The notes under the pieces: generated by a model | Databases searched by the model: none | The model's input: the letters and a program-made list of their open reading frames with translations, nothing else | What the model was told of the DNA's origin: nothing | Translations under genes and position numbers: made by a program | In this document: positions 1-12,300 of the stretch, one piece after another | How positions within the stretch are numbered: the first letter of the stretch is position 1 | Layout of the letters: every line of letters begins with the position of its first letter | Source: Gnetum montanum | Taxonomy: Eukaryota; Plantae; Gnetophyta | NCBI GenBank assembly: GCA_015680685.1 | Contig: MNCI01000404.1 | Span: 76,829 to 140,828, forward strand | Direction of reading: 5' to 3' | DNA length: 64,000 nucleotides

Positions 1-180
1 CGGAGGTTTCTTTGGCTTTTCCAATCCTCACGCACCACCAGCAAGCAACCTCGGCTTCAGTTTGCACAGAGTGCAGACACAAGAAGCAAACAATGGTACA
101 GCTGTTATGTTCCTAGTGACCTTGTAACGACTCAAGACCCACCCATGCATGTTTTCTTTAAACAACAGGCTCTTCTCTTC

Positions 181-187
181 ACCAACC
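181..187 (+). promoter_or_regulatory. AC-II element (ACCAACC), candidate MYB site in laccase promoter
   Basis: Exact ACCAACC about 60 bp upstream of the TATA box; AC elements are established in lignin-pathway promoters. Short motif, could be chance. Confidence 0.45.
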
Positions 188-244
188 ATTTCTGAATAAC
201 TGCGTCAGGTGCTTCTCTCGGTAACGAATTGAAAGTGTCCCTTC

Positions 245-252
245 TATAAATA
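245..252 (+). promoter_or_regulatory. TATA box of laccase gene
   Basis: cTATAAATA 110 bp upstream of the ATG at 355. Confidence 0.65.
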
Positions 253-354
253 TAGATATGGATCAATATAGTTCACATAAAGACACAGATAGAAGTAATT
301 TTCAAGTGGGTATTCAGTAAAATCTTTAGTTTTCGGCTCACAGTGGGAAGGAAG

Positions 355-2784
355 ATGACTGCATCTATTATCGGATATTTTGTTTTGTTTCTGCTACAAT
401 GCATTGTTGTCCACGCAGAGATCAGACATTACAGATTCAATGTCTGTGCTTTCTAATTAAGGATTTTAATTTGGCATTTTGCGTGGCATGGAGCATCGTT
501 TTAATATTGTAGCTTTGGAGAATTTTAACGTTTGTTTTATGTGTTGCAGATTCAAATGAAAAATGTGACGAGAATATGTCATACCAAGGAAATCGTGACG
601 GTGAACGGGCACTATCCGGGTCCGACAATCTATGCCAGAGAGGGTGACACGGTGCTGGTGAAAGTAACTAACAATGTCAAGTACAATGTTTCCATTCACT
701 GGTAAACTTTGGTCTTAATTTGAACAATTTTGGGTTTTTACTTGTGTTTATTTGCATTGTGAATGGTAAACATTGTTTTGTTTATCCTTATTTCCTATTG
801 TCTTGTCTGAAGAGACAGATTTTCACACACTGAAATAAGAAACAAGTACATGGTTTTCTTTATTTAACAGGCATGGAGTCCGGCAACTGCGGACAGGATG
901 GTCGGACGGACCTGCATACATAACACAATGCCCAATTCAAACAGGCCAATCATTTACATACAACTTCACCATCACTGGACAGAGGGGAACTCTGTTTTGG
1001 CACGCCCATATCCTGTGGCTCAGAGCCACTGTCCATGGACCCATCGTCATTCTTCCCCCTCCTCATGTTCCCTACCCTTTCAAACCCAAACCCCACAAAG
1101 AATTCACTCTCGTCCTCGGTATTTAAATAGCTTAATTGCTAAATTCCATCAGCATGTTGCCTGTTTTTACAATTCAGCGTAATAATAATGAGAATGATGC
1201 TATTTGCTTGCGCCTTTCAGGTGAATGGTGGAACGCAGACATTGAAGAACTCGTGAAGAATGCAACCAACAAAGGTGTGACACCCAATGTTTCCGACGCT
1301 CACACCATCAATGGCAAACCTGGCCAATTCTTCGCGTGCCCCGTGAAAGGTGACTGCTCTACTCTCACATTCTGCACATTGATGAATTGGAAAATTGAAC
1401 AGCAAATAAAGATGGAGAAAAAACTATCAGCCTCAGCTCGTGGCCTTGAATTTAATGCGAGTCACATTTATCTGTTCAAGTGACAGAAGCTAAACGTCCT
1501 TGGTATATTTCAATTTTGATTGTTTTCCTGTTATAATTCGATTACTCTATGATGCGGTTTGGTTACACATATATCTTATTTGTTTCTTACGAGTTATGCC
1601 ATATTTCCATGAACTGTTTGGAACTCGGTTTCAACTTTCAACCTTCATAGTTCAGCGGGCATTGCTGTATGCATACAATTTAGATGAATTATCATTGTTG
1701 CGGTGCAGACACATTTGTGATGAGGGTGCAGCGAGGCCGAAACTACCTTCTCAGAATCATAAACGCAGCGCTCAACGACGAGCTCTTCTTCACAGTGGCA
1801 GGCCACACTCTGAAAGTTGTAGAAATTGACGCAGTCTACACCAAGCCCTTTAACACAAACGCCATGATCATAGCCCCAGGCCAAACCACAAACGTAATTC
1901 TGCATATTAACAAGCGCTCAGGAGGTTCCTTCTTCATGGCAGCCAGGTCCTTCATGGACGCATCCATCGCCATTGACCGAAAAACTGCAACAGCAATCCT
2001 GCAATACAAAACCCACAAAAGCCTCTCCAAAACCACCACACCCACAACGCCATTGCTGGCGAAGCTTCCAGCGGTCAACGATTCCGGCTTCGTGCAGACC
2101 TTTTCCAGCCGCCTGAGAAGCCTTAATTCAGCGCAGTATCCAGCCAAGGTACCGCAGAAAATCGACCGGCACTTGTTCTTCACGGTGGGATTAGCCCTGG
2201 AACCCTGCCCGAGCTGCCCGCAAGGCGTGCGAGCATCGGCAGCGGTGAACAATATAAGCTTCCAAATGCCGACCGTGTCGCTGTTGCAGGCACATTTCTT
2301 CAATATTTCAGGCGTCTTCACCACCGATTTTCCTGACAATCCTCCCCGGAAATTCAATTTCACGGGCAGCCCTCCTCCGCAGGGACTGATGGCAGCCAAG
2401 GGAACGAGGCTCACCAGACTTTCATTCAATTCCACGGTGGAGCTTGTTCTGCAGGGCACCAGCATTCTGAGCGTGGACAGCCATCCCATCCATCTTCATG
2501 GATTCAATTTTTTTGTGGTGGGCTCTGGAGTGGGTAATTTTGATGCCAACAGAGATCCCCAAAAGTTTAATTTGGTTGATCCACCGGAACGGAATACTGT
2601 GAACGTTCCGACGGGAGGATGGAGTGCGATCCGGTTCAGGGCAGATAATCCTGGAGTTTGGATCATGCATTGCCATCTTGAGCTACATATAACTTGGGGT
2701 CTGAAGATGGCCTTTCTTGTGGATAATGGCCCCGGTCCAGACCAGTTTCTGCTTCCTCCTCCTCCTGATCTCCCTATGTGCTAG
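355..2784 (+). CDS. LAC: Laccase (multicopper oxidase), LAC4/LAC11-like, 563 aa; exons 355-441, 550-701, 871-1118, 1221-1349, 1709-2784
   Basis: All introns GT-AG and phase-consistent (87+152+248+129+1076=1692 nt). Signal peptide [21 protein letters not shown]. Copper motifs [37 protein letters not shown]; C-terminus PPPPDLPMC. Confidence 0.97.
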
Positions 2785-3559
2785 GCTTGCTTGCTTTCCA
2801 GGTCTTAAAAATGTTCGAACTGTTTTCTTCTTCTTCTTCTTTTTTCTTTCCTATTGTTTCATTCTTTCCTATTGTTTAAATCTCAAGAAATGAACTATGA
2901 ATGCGGTCCTAAGCATTCGGATCTTTCTTGACAAAGAAGTATAAAACTAGTCGGAGAGAACTTGGATAAATAGTTTCCATTCCTATGCCCTCCAATATGT
3001 AAATGGGTCGGTCATACTATTTCCTACTCTCATTGTAAGCATTTCTTAGCTACATTGCTCTTCATAGCTAATTAGCAATGGCATCCATTGGGAACGTCCC
3101 AATGCCTCAACTTTTCAAGACATTGCCAAGTCGTCCTTTATTTAAGGTATACGAGAAATTTCAACTTGATTTTAAATTATATTTATTATCTTAGTTTGGA
3201 TGGTCTTGTATGTAGTTCTTTATGAACCTATTTATTACATGTAGAAACTAATAATTTGTTATATTCATAAATCATCTAAATCTATTAAATCGTATAAATA
3301 TGCATGCTATGTGTTTTAAAAACAGCATTAGGAAAATTACTAAAAAATTTTGGTAACATTTGGAATAGATGAAGCAAATTGGTAATTATGAAATTGAAAC
3401 TAACACTTTATTATCTACCTAGAATTAAGGTTTAGTATGTTTATAATAAACTTAATATTCCTAAAAATCCATTATATTAACATTCATTATGAATGGTGGT
3501 ATCATCATTGATGAGCAGTGAGGTACCCCTATGCCCAACCATACAAATCATCATTTTTG

Positions 3560-6500
3560 CTTCTTGACTCTTGGGATCATTCACGATCCATGCAGCTTCA
3601 CTGATGTGGGTTGGAATTGGAACATCCCAAGGACAAAGCAAAATAGGAAATAGCTCCTTAACATTGACAAACCAAGCTACAAATTGCTTGTGCTCAGAGT
3701 GTGTCTTGCAATGCCTGGTAGTCATTCATTCATTTAGCCAAGTTCTCTACAACTGATCTTTGATTAGTGAATTTTGCCTTGAAAAGCTTGAGTTCAACAT
3801 TTGTCACTACAAGCTTTTGCTTGGTGTCTTTATGAGTCTTGAACTTAGCCTCCTACAATTGCTATGAGCTGGCCACTTACTTCTCAAGCTTAGACTGCAG
3901 CCATCCGACAGTTAGCATTGCCAGGTTTTCATAATGGAGGTTGGACAACTCCATATACTCCATCATTTCTTCAATATGCAACTCCTTCATGTGGATTTTC
4001 ACCTTGTTGTAGGCATCAATCCCATCAACAATGGGTTGCCACATTTCTCTGCCTTGTTGGAGTTGCTGGAGGGCCTCATTAACCTTTGCCTTTGCCAGTT
4101 GGATATGCTTTTCATTTACCTCCTATAGGCCAACCTGGTCTCTATAATGATTTTTAACTTTTTCAAATTTTAAAGCCTTGTTTTTCTGGGCGGCAATCTC
4201 GATGGTCGATTTCTGGAGTAAGATGCGGACCTCCTCCATGGAGAGATTACGATTCTCTGCTACCAATCTTCTCAATTTGATGTTTGCCTTGGCAAGCTGC
4301 TCCTGCTATTGATGGATAAATTCTTCTAGCTATTGTTTTTGCACATCAACGTTCTACAGGTGATGATTTTCTATAGTCAAGGACTCATTTTCCTGGTGCG
4401 CTTGAATCAAGTCCTTCCATACTACATGAGTTTCAACTTTTGCTATTAACTTATTGAAGATCATCGTTACCATTTCTCCCTCAACCTACTTTAGCTATTC
4501 TTGAAGTTGCTAAAAAGCTTTGACTCATGTCAATGTAGGGTTGATTAAAGTAGGGTTGGTAATTCAAGCATGCAACTTGGCAACTTCTGTAGCCAAGCTT
4601 TGATTGTGTGCTTGATCCATTTCAAGTTATTCTTCTAAGATGAGGCACATGCCCCTTGCCTCTAGCAATTGCGACTAGGTTGCAGTGATGGTATCTAGAA
4701 AATCAAAGATATCTAAAATCGGTTGCACAATTCCCACTAATCGATCCAGAAGTTCTTCATGATGGGCTACACTCAATCTCCTGTTGATTGTTCCTACAAA
4801 TGCCTGCACATCTCTTAGTGCAGAAACATTTAGTTCTAGCACCACATGTGCATTTAACGCTTCAGTGACTCGATCAGCAATGATCTCTACAGCTATCTCC
4901 TACCCCTGGTGCTACATCACCAATACAATTGCCCCTTCACCCTTTTCCAAGCATACCAAAAAGGAAGCGGCATTCCCAAAGATTTCTAGAAATAGATGAT
5001 GCTAAGAGAGAGACACCATCACCTCTCAAGCACTTGGATTTGACCTCATAGGCAATCGCATTCGTTGGACAGATAACATTGATCCACCTCCCTCCAACTA
5101 GCTGATTGTATGAGCCACTTCTTTAAGATGACTCATGGCTGGTCTATACACAAATGGGTCTCCACCACTAGTTCCTACCTACTGCTCTCATTATTGCAAG
5201 AGCTATTCTTGGGCTTTCTGCATGTGCTCAACCACACTGTGAGCCTTTAATGTTTACTCATGAGTAGGTGGTGGAAGTGGTAATTACTGCTCTTCTTCTA
5301 TTGTCGTGGCAGGTATCTTATCCTTCATTATCTCGGCAACTTTGTTCTTGCATTAGGAAACCCAAGGACCTACATAATGGCTTCTACTGAGTAGGATACT
5401 TGAATATCCTTGATTTTCATAGTAGCTCCTACTCTTCTGTTGTTCCAAAAGAGATATGTTTCTCCCATGTACCACTCCCCATTGGAAGTGATGATTGGCC
5501 ACATGGAAAAGGCTTGTAGTTGAGCTCTAACCTCTTCTAGAGCTTGTTCAAGGAATGGCCTGAACTTCAATTCTTAAAGAACTAAGCATTGAATTTCATG
5601 ATTCTCAATTGTGTCAAGGCAGGCCTATGTGAGTGTGACTTCCAATTTGGGTACAAGGCATAGGACCTTGCCTCATTGTGAGTGTTTCGATGTAGCTTCT
5701 TCTTTGGAAATCCATTAGATAGATTCCACCTCGACCTTGTCTCTAAGGGGTCCTACTGCATAGGTTGCCTTAGCCTATTCTTGGCCATGTTCCTATTGGC
5801 CTCATCCTCCTCTAGGTCATTTCTCCTATGGTTGCAATGGTTCTTCCTCTTGCAGTTGTAACGACGGAAAACGTCGATTGCTAGAAATACCGAACGAAAG
5901 TCCGTGTACACAGTTCTAACCCCGGATCGGTGCTAGGACCATGCTGGAGAGAAAACAAATCTGAGGTGCCCTGAACGGTCTTGTCGATCAGACAGGGACT
6001 TACCTAATCAATAAAAATTTTGTGATATTTGGATGACAAAATGATGGTTCTTTATGAGAAGATAAAATATTGTTAATTTTGAAGATAATTGAAAACAATG
6101 TAATCGATTTAAAGCGATTTGTTAGATTCATGTAAATAGGGAACAAGAGATCAAATTTAGAACGCAGGTGATCCCCAAATTTCGAATTCAACTCACGAAC
6201 CAAATATATTAGATACAATGAATACATGTAGACCTCAAATTAAGTGGAGTACATGCCAACAACAAGAAGGCTGTTCAAAGATGAAGCAAGCAAAGGTCGA
6301 TCTACCTTGTTCTAGCGGATCTGGGTACAAGGAGGTTGGTCCCAAAGCAGAATGTCTGTTAAACAGCTATTTCTGACCAAAGGTTCTTGCCAATTGTCTT
6401 TGATATTCTTGCGATTACTGATCCTTTTTGTTCTCTTGTCAATCCTTGCTAAAAGTTGCCAAACATTGCCAAAAAATCGCCCACAGAGAAAAGCTATTAA

Positions 6501-7349
6501 TCTTAGGAGAAATTTTTTGTCAACCCTTTGATTTTTGTCGACTGGAGTATTTATAAGATTAGGGTTAGGAGAAAAATATGGTTTAGATGACATGTGTCCT
6601 GAACCTGTACAATGTCGTTGACCTAATGTGTTTGTTGTTGAAGCTTGTGGCGCCATACTACATAGCGCATCGTAAACCACTCTTGTTTGGGCTTTGGCGA
6701 TAGGCTGTTCTTTGATTATGCTATGATATGCTAGAGAGCATATCGTGACGTATGAACTACTGATGCTTGTATTATACTACTTTTATCTTTGTTTGTATTA
6801 CGTTGCACCATGCTAAATTACGCCTCATAGCATAATTCAGCGTAAAATAGCGAACTTGCGAAAAATGGAAGTGTTGTCACTGCACTTCCTCTGTTTCTGA
6901 TCAATCTTTCCAGGGTTTATTAAGCCACACTACGTAACATAGCATAATAGGCCTCCTTAACTGAGAAAGAAAACCTGCTAAAATGCGTGGCATGCTGCAG
7001 ATCATTGTCTAAGCCTTGATATTTTTGCTGGGTCGTCGAAGTCTTGAATGTTTTTCATCTTTGATGTTGCAGTGGACTGCCTTTGACATTACGTTGTGTA
7101 ACGCGACGTTACGCTATGTTGCATGATGCAACGTAGTATGCTAAAAGTTAAGATTTTTGAAACATAGAAAAACTCGCAAAGTTGAAGGTTTGCCACCATG
7201 CACCCATCGTTTTGTTCTATCTTCTAAAATTTAATTGTACTGTGTTGTGCCTTGTCGCAACTCCTTGCCTGAATCACTAGATTTTGCCGAACCGTCAAGG
7301 CCTCGAAATGTTTATGGTGTTTCAGCAGTCTCTTTGGTCTTGGTGCCAT
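3560..7349 (-). pseudogene. Extra 3-prime ORF (env-like position) of Athila-like copy 1, interrupted by a solo LTR
   Basis: ATG at 7349. Removing the solo LTR and one TSD restores MAPRPKRLQEEEPLQP..., followed by charged, coiled-coil-like fragments (LKFRPFLEQALEEVRAQLQ...) with many stops. 3-prime end approximate. Confidence 0.65.
5857..7324 (-). mobile_element. Solo LTR of a Tat/Ogre-like family (1468 bp)
   Basis: TGTAAC...GTTTCA termini with perfect 5-bp TSD GCAGT (5852-5856, 7325-7329). Homologous in ends and length to the 30650-32122 LTR (CCCTGAA.GGTCT.GTCGATCAGACA). TATA on minus strand at about 6547-6554. Confidence 0.9.
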
Positions 7350-9393
7350 TTTTGATCACACATAACAATGGATTAGTAATTATTATGTAACTCAAAATGA
7401 TTGGAATACCTTGTCTCATAGGAAAGTTACATTTGGCAAGGATGTGATTATGGTTGGATGGATTTAATATTTAATTATTAATTTAATCTTTGATTTACCA
7501 AAGTTGTTGGAAGGGTTAAATTCTCAAAAATTAATGATTTAATAGCATTTTACATCTTAACCCTTTGGGTGAGTTAGGAAAAATTTCAAAAAAATTTCAT
7601 CAAAACCTTGGGGTTTGCTACCCCCATGACTAAAAGCTTACCTCTGGTAACTATAGGGTTGAAAAACGTGGTGATTCAAATAAACGACGCTAAAGTTATA
7701 GGCTTGAGAAGGTTTTGGGCTCTAGAAATTACAAAAACTCCTTGGGCATTACGGACCAAAGGTGAAAAATCCAAAGTGTTTGGTGGTATTTATACTAGTT
7801 TTGCATTGCATCAATAGGGCCTCATCAACATAGCTGTTGACCATCATTGACTTTTGTTGACTTAGTCAAACCTTGAAAATTACAAAGAGATTTTGAACAA
7901 AATTAGGATCAAATGGAAGCCCAAACAGCCATGAACATGATGAAAATGTTAGAAGAGAGTGTTGAAGTCCTAAAAATTAAAAAAAATAGGAAAAATGGTA
8001 AAAATGGAATGGAAAATGAGAGTTCAAGGAGCATAGAGTAGTTTGCACAATGGAATATGTGAAAGGATTGTAACAATGTTGAAGATAAGGGACTTAACTA
8101 ACCAAACCAAGAGATTTGCAAGTGGGTCCTACCCATAGTAGGCATCTACCCTTGTTGCCCTCACATAACCCCAATAAAGGAGTCTGTGGGTCCCACAATT
8201 GATTAATGCCCATGAAAAGTTAAGAACCAACCAAAAGAATCTATCCAAGAATTCCAACACGTCAAATTACAACATCAAGAATAACATAGAAACTCATAAT
8301 GAGGTGAGTTATGGCAGCATAAATGGATGACTAAGAAGGTGGGATGGAATGCTAAATTAAGGTCATAAGAAGTCCCTTGTGGAATATGTGTTTAAAATAA
8401 CATAAGAAGATCCATCCTTAGTCCAAACCAAAACTAGAGTCTTTCATTAACTTTTCATCACCACTCTAAGACCGATCCATCCACTCAAGACACAAGAGTA
8501 CTTCCACAAAACAACCACCATTCCATAAAGAGAAGAAAAAGAGTAGGAAGTGAGAGAGGGTCTTGGTTAGAGGGGACCTTTAGGCATGGGTTCATGTTTT
8601 TGTAGTTCCATAACCAATTCTTGTAGCCCATTTATTTGTCTAAGGGGTGTGCTTTGAATTCCCATCATGTTTTTTTTTTTTTTTGAATTTTTGGATGAGG
8701 ACCACACTATGCAAAGACTTTATTTGACTTCATAGTAGTGGTTGAAATGGAATGGTAAGAAGTTCATGAAAAACACCCAAGCAGTTAAGTAAGTAGAAGA
8801 GTACAAGGAGTATTGAGTCCCCTTGAAGTCACACCCTCTATAAACCTTTGAATCTTTCCCAATTCTAGAACTACCAAGGTCACCAATTAATTAAAAGTTT
8901 CTTTAATGAAAGGGACCTCAAACTCCCAAAACAAGGAGAACCATAGAGTTTATTGGATGGGTGGATGATGTGGACTCACTACCTATTCTATGAAAAATAA
9001 ACCATGTCATAGTCATTAGACATCATAATTCAAAAATAGAAACTAAATATTAACAATCACAACATTAAGCACAAACCATCATTAGTAAATAGCAATAGTG
9101 GCACTATGTCCTATGGCAATAAAGCATTTTTATTAGTAAAAATAACAAAAATTCACACTTAAACAAAAAAAACAAAACAAAGTAAAATATATGAGAAAGT
9201 GTAAAATAATCAAGAAAGGTTCTAAGGTACTAACAATGGCGTAAAATTAGGAAAATTTTGAAAATCAAAAATTTGTAAAATAAATAACTTGTAAAATCAA
9301 AAACGTGGAAAAAAAAGGAGAACAATTGATAAGCCATATGGATCATTAGTATGAATGGCCATCTCCCCCATGACTGAGTTGAAAGGAGGAGAT

Positions 9394-12300
9394 CTAGAAA
9401 ATGAAACATGGTTGTCCATCCATCAAGGTGGTAGTTGCACTAGCTTGTCTTGGTTCTAGGAAAGGTTTCATTTGTTGGATGTTGACCAACTGCTTTTTAT
9501 TTGGGCTTTCAAGTTTGTAGATTAACATGGCTCCAGAGGGAAAGGTTTGATCAATTATATAAGGTCCCTCCCACAATGTTTGGAATTTTATCTTCTGGGG
9601 TACATGTGTGGGGTTCCAATAGATAATCTTATCTCTTAGTTGAAATGTTACTTTCCATATTTTGAGGTCATGACATTGCTTGTTGAATGCCTTGTGCATC
9701 TCATTTAAAGATGAAAACACCAAGCTGTTTTCATCTAGCACATTCAAGTTGATTAATATTTCTTTTTGTGCTAGACTTAGGTCAAAATCCAAATCATTGA
9801 CTAGTGAGAGTGTACAGAGCTCAGACTGAATTGAGAGCATTGAAAGCTTTTTGCACACTAACTCATAGGGAGAGTAGCCAATAGAAAGTTTCCATATTGA
9901 GCAATAGGTCTAAAAAGCATCGTTGAGTTTGGTGCTCCAATCTCTCCTATATTTTCTTATGGTTCTTGTTAAGATCTTTGTGATCTCTTGGTTAGTTACC
10001 TCTGCTTGACCATTGGCTTGGGAATGGTAGGATGTTGTTAATTTATGTTCAACCCCAAAGCGTTACATTAACTTTCTAAAAGTGGCACCTATGAAATGAG
10101 TTTCAATGTCAGAAACTAGTGTACGTGGCATCCCAAACTTGTTTACAACATTTTGTTGTATAAATCTAGCAGTAGTGGATGATGTACAATCAATAACAAC
10201 TACTAATTTTACCCATGTTGTGTTGTAGTTGACTACTATGATGATATACACATTTCCATTGGACATGGATGTGGTGGAACCCATGAAGTCAATGCCCCCT
10301 ATGTCAAAAGGCTCCAGTGGTTGAATCCACTATTGACGACCTTCAATTTAAGCGGTCATCCCACCATCTTGTTAACAACATTCACAAGATCAAACAAACT
10401 AGTGGGCATCCTTGATGATTACAGGCTAATAGTATCTTGCCATTAGGATTTTTATGATCATGCATCTCCCTTCATAGTGGTCTCCACAAGGCCCTTCATG
10501 AGCATCCTGGAGAATGCACAGTTGGGACACACCAACAAATCAAGCCATTGATGCACACCTTGTAAAGGTGTCCATTGATTTCCATGAAGTATTTTGCCTA
10601 ATGAGGAAATTGTTGCTTATTTCTAAATTCAAGATCTTGTGGCATCTCTTGAGTAAGAAGATAGGTGAGGATGCCATTATACCATGTTGTTTTTGTAGGC
10701 ATTTGGTCATTTAGTGCTCCTATAAAGAGGAGTTCATCTAGAAATTGACCAGAGAGCAGGATCTCCTCCTCTTTATTATCCCATCTTAAGTAAGAGACAT
10801 AGTCAGAGACCACATTTTTGGTCCCTTTTCAATCTACCATTGTGAGATCAAATTCCTACAAGATCATGAGCCATCGTATGATACAAGGGGTTACCACTAG
10901 CTTGTTCATGAGGAAGCAAATTGCACCGTGGCTTATGTGCATAAATACTTTGTAGCCAAGCACATAGTACCTAAACTTTTCAAGAGCTTACACCACTATC
11001 ATTAATTCTTTCTCCATAGTGTTGTAATTTAATTGTGCTCTCACAATGCTTCAACTTGCACAGTAGATGTAGTACGCATGTTTCTTATCATCTAACTGCG
11101 TGAGCACTACTCCTAGGGCATAGTTAGATGCATCCATCATGTTGTGAAATGGTCTGAACCAATCTAGTGCCTGTAGAATTGGTGTTTATACAAGTTTTTC
11201 CTTTAACTATTGGAATGCATGTTCACATTTCTTGGTCTAAATGAAAGGTGCATCTTTCTTTGTAAGCTCTACCAACGATTTTGCAATCTTAGAGAAATTC
11301 TCTATGAATCGCTAATAGTAGCCAGTATATCCAAGGAACGATCTACCATCTTTGACTATCTCTGGTTGACATGTAATTCCTTGGATGACCCTTATCTTAT
11401 TTGGGTCTACCTTAATCCCTTCTTGTGAAACTCAATACCCCAACACAATGCCTTCTTGGACCATAAGGTGACTTTTTTGCTAGTTGAGCTACAAATTTGT
11501 TTTGACATATCTCTTCAATACTTGCTCAAGGCAACCCAAGGCTTGCCCAAATATAGTTCCATAAGTGGACAAGCCATCCATAAAGACTTCCATACCACTA
11601 CCAATGTACTGTTCAAAAATACTAAGGACCAAACATTAAAATGTTGCAGAGGCATTGCACAAACCAAATATCATCTTATAATATGCAAAAGTTCCCTAGG
11701 AACTTGTGAATGTTGTCTTGGCCTAATCTTCTGGCACAATTTGGATTTGGTTATAGCCACTATAACCATATAATAAGATATAATAGCAATGCCCAGATAT
11801 GGTGTCCAACACTTGATTCATAAATGGCAATGGAAAATGATCTTTAAATGTTGTCATGTTTAATAGCCTAAAGTTGATGCAAACCTACCACTTGTCATCT
11901 TTCTTCAACATAATTATGACTTGGCTAATGCACTCACTATCCATAATGGGGTAGATGAACCCTACCTTGAGGAGTTGCTCTTTTTTTTCCTTGATGATCT
12001 GCTTCAATTTGGGGTTTAGTTGTCTCTATGGCTACTTTCTTGGCTTCATGGTCAGGTCGGTGTAAATGCAATGTTGGCATATCCTTGGATCGATTGTTGT
12101 TAGCTTGGGATATGACCAAACAAAGGCTATTGGCCATTTTTAACCATCTTTAACAGTTTTTCTTTTTGTTCAGGAGCAATTTTTGCATTAATTATGACTA
12201 ATTTACCATTGTTTAAAAATGCATATTCTATGTCAGCCAATAGGGTTTTCAATTCTAGGGGCTCTTTCTTGAATTTATCATGGATTTCCAACTCTCCCCA

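Noticed and set aside
258-320. Upstream ORF before the laccase ATG
   Set aside because: Its ATG is only 6 nt after the TATA box, so probably upstream of the transcription start.
1836-2489. 217-aa minus-strand ORF
   Set aside because: Antisense shadow of the GC-rich laccase exon 5; no independent motifs.
3509-3530. TGATGAG resembling a hammerhead ribozyme core (also at 15621)
   Set aside because: No GAAA core or stems; it is the LTR terminus.
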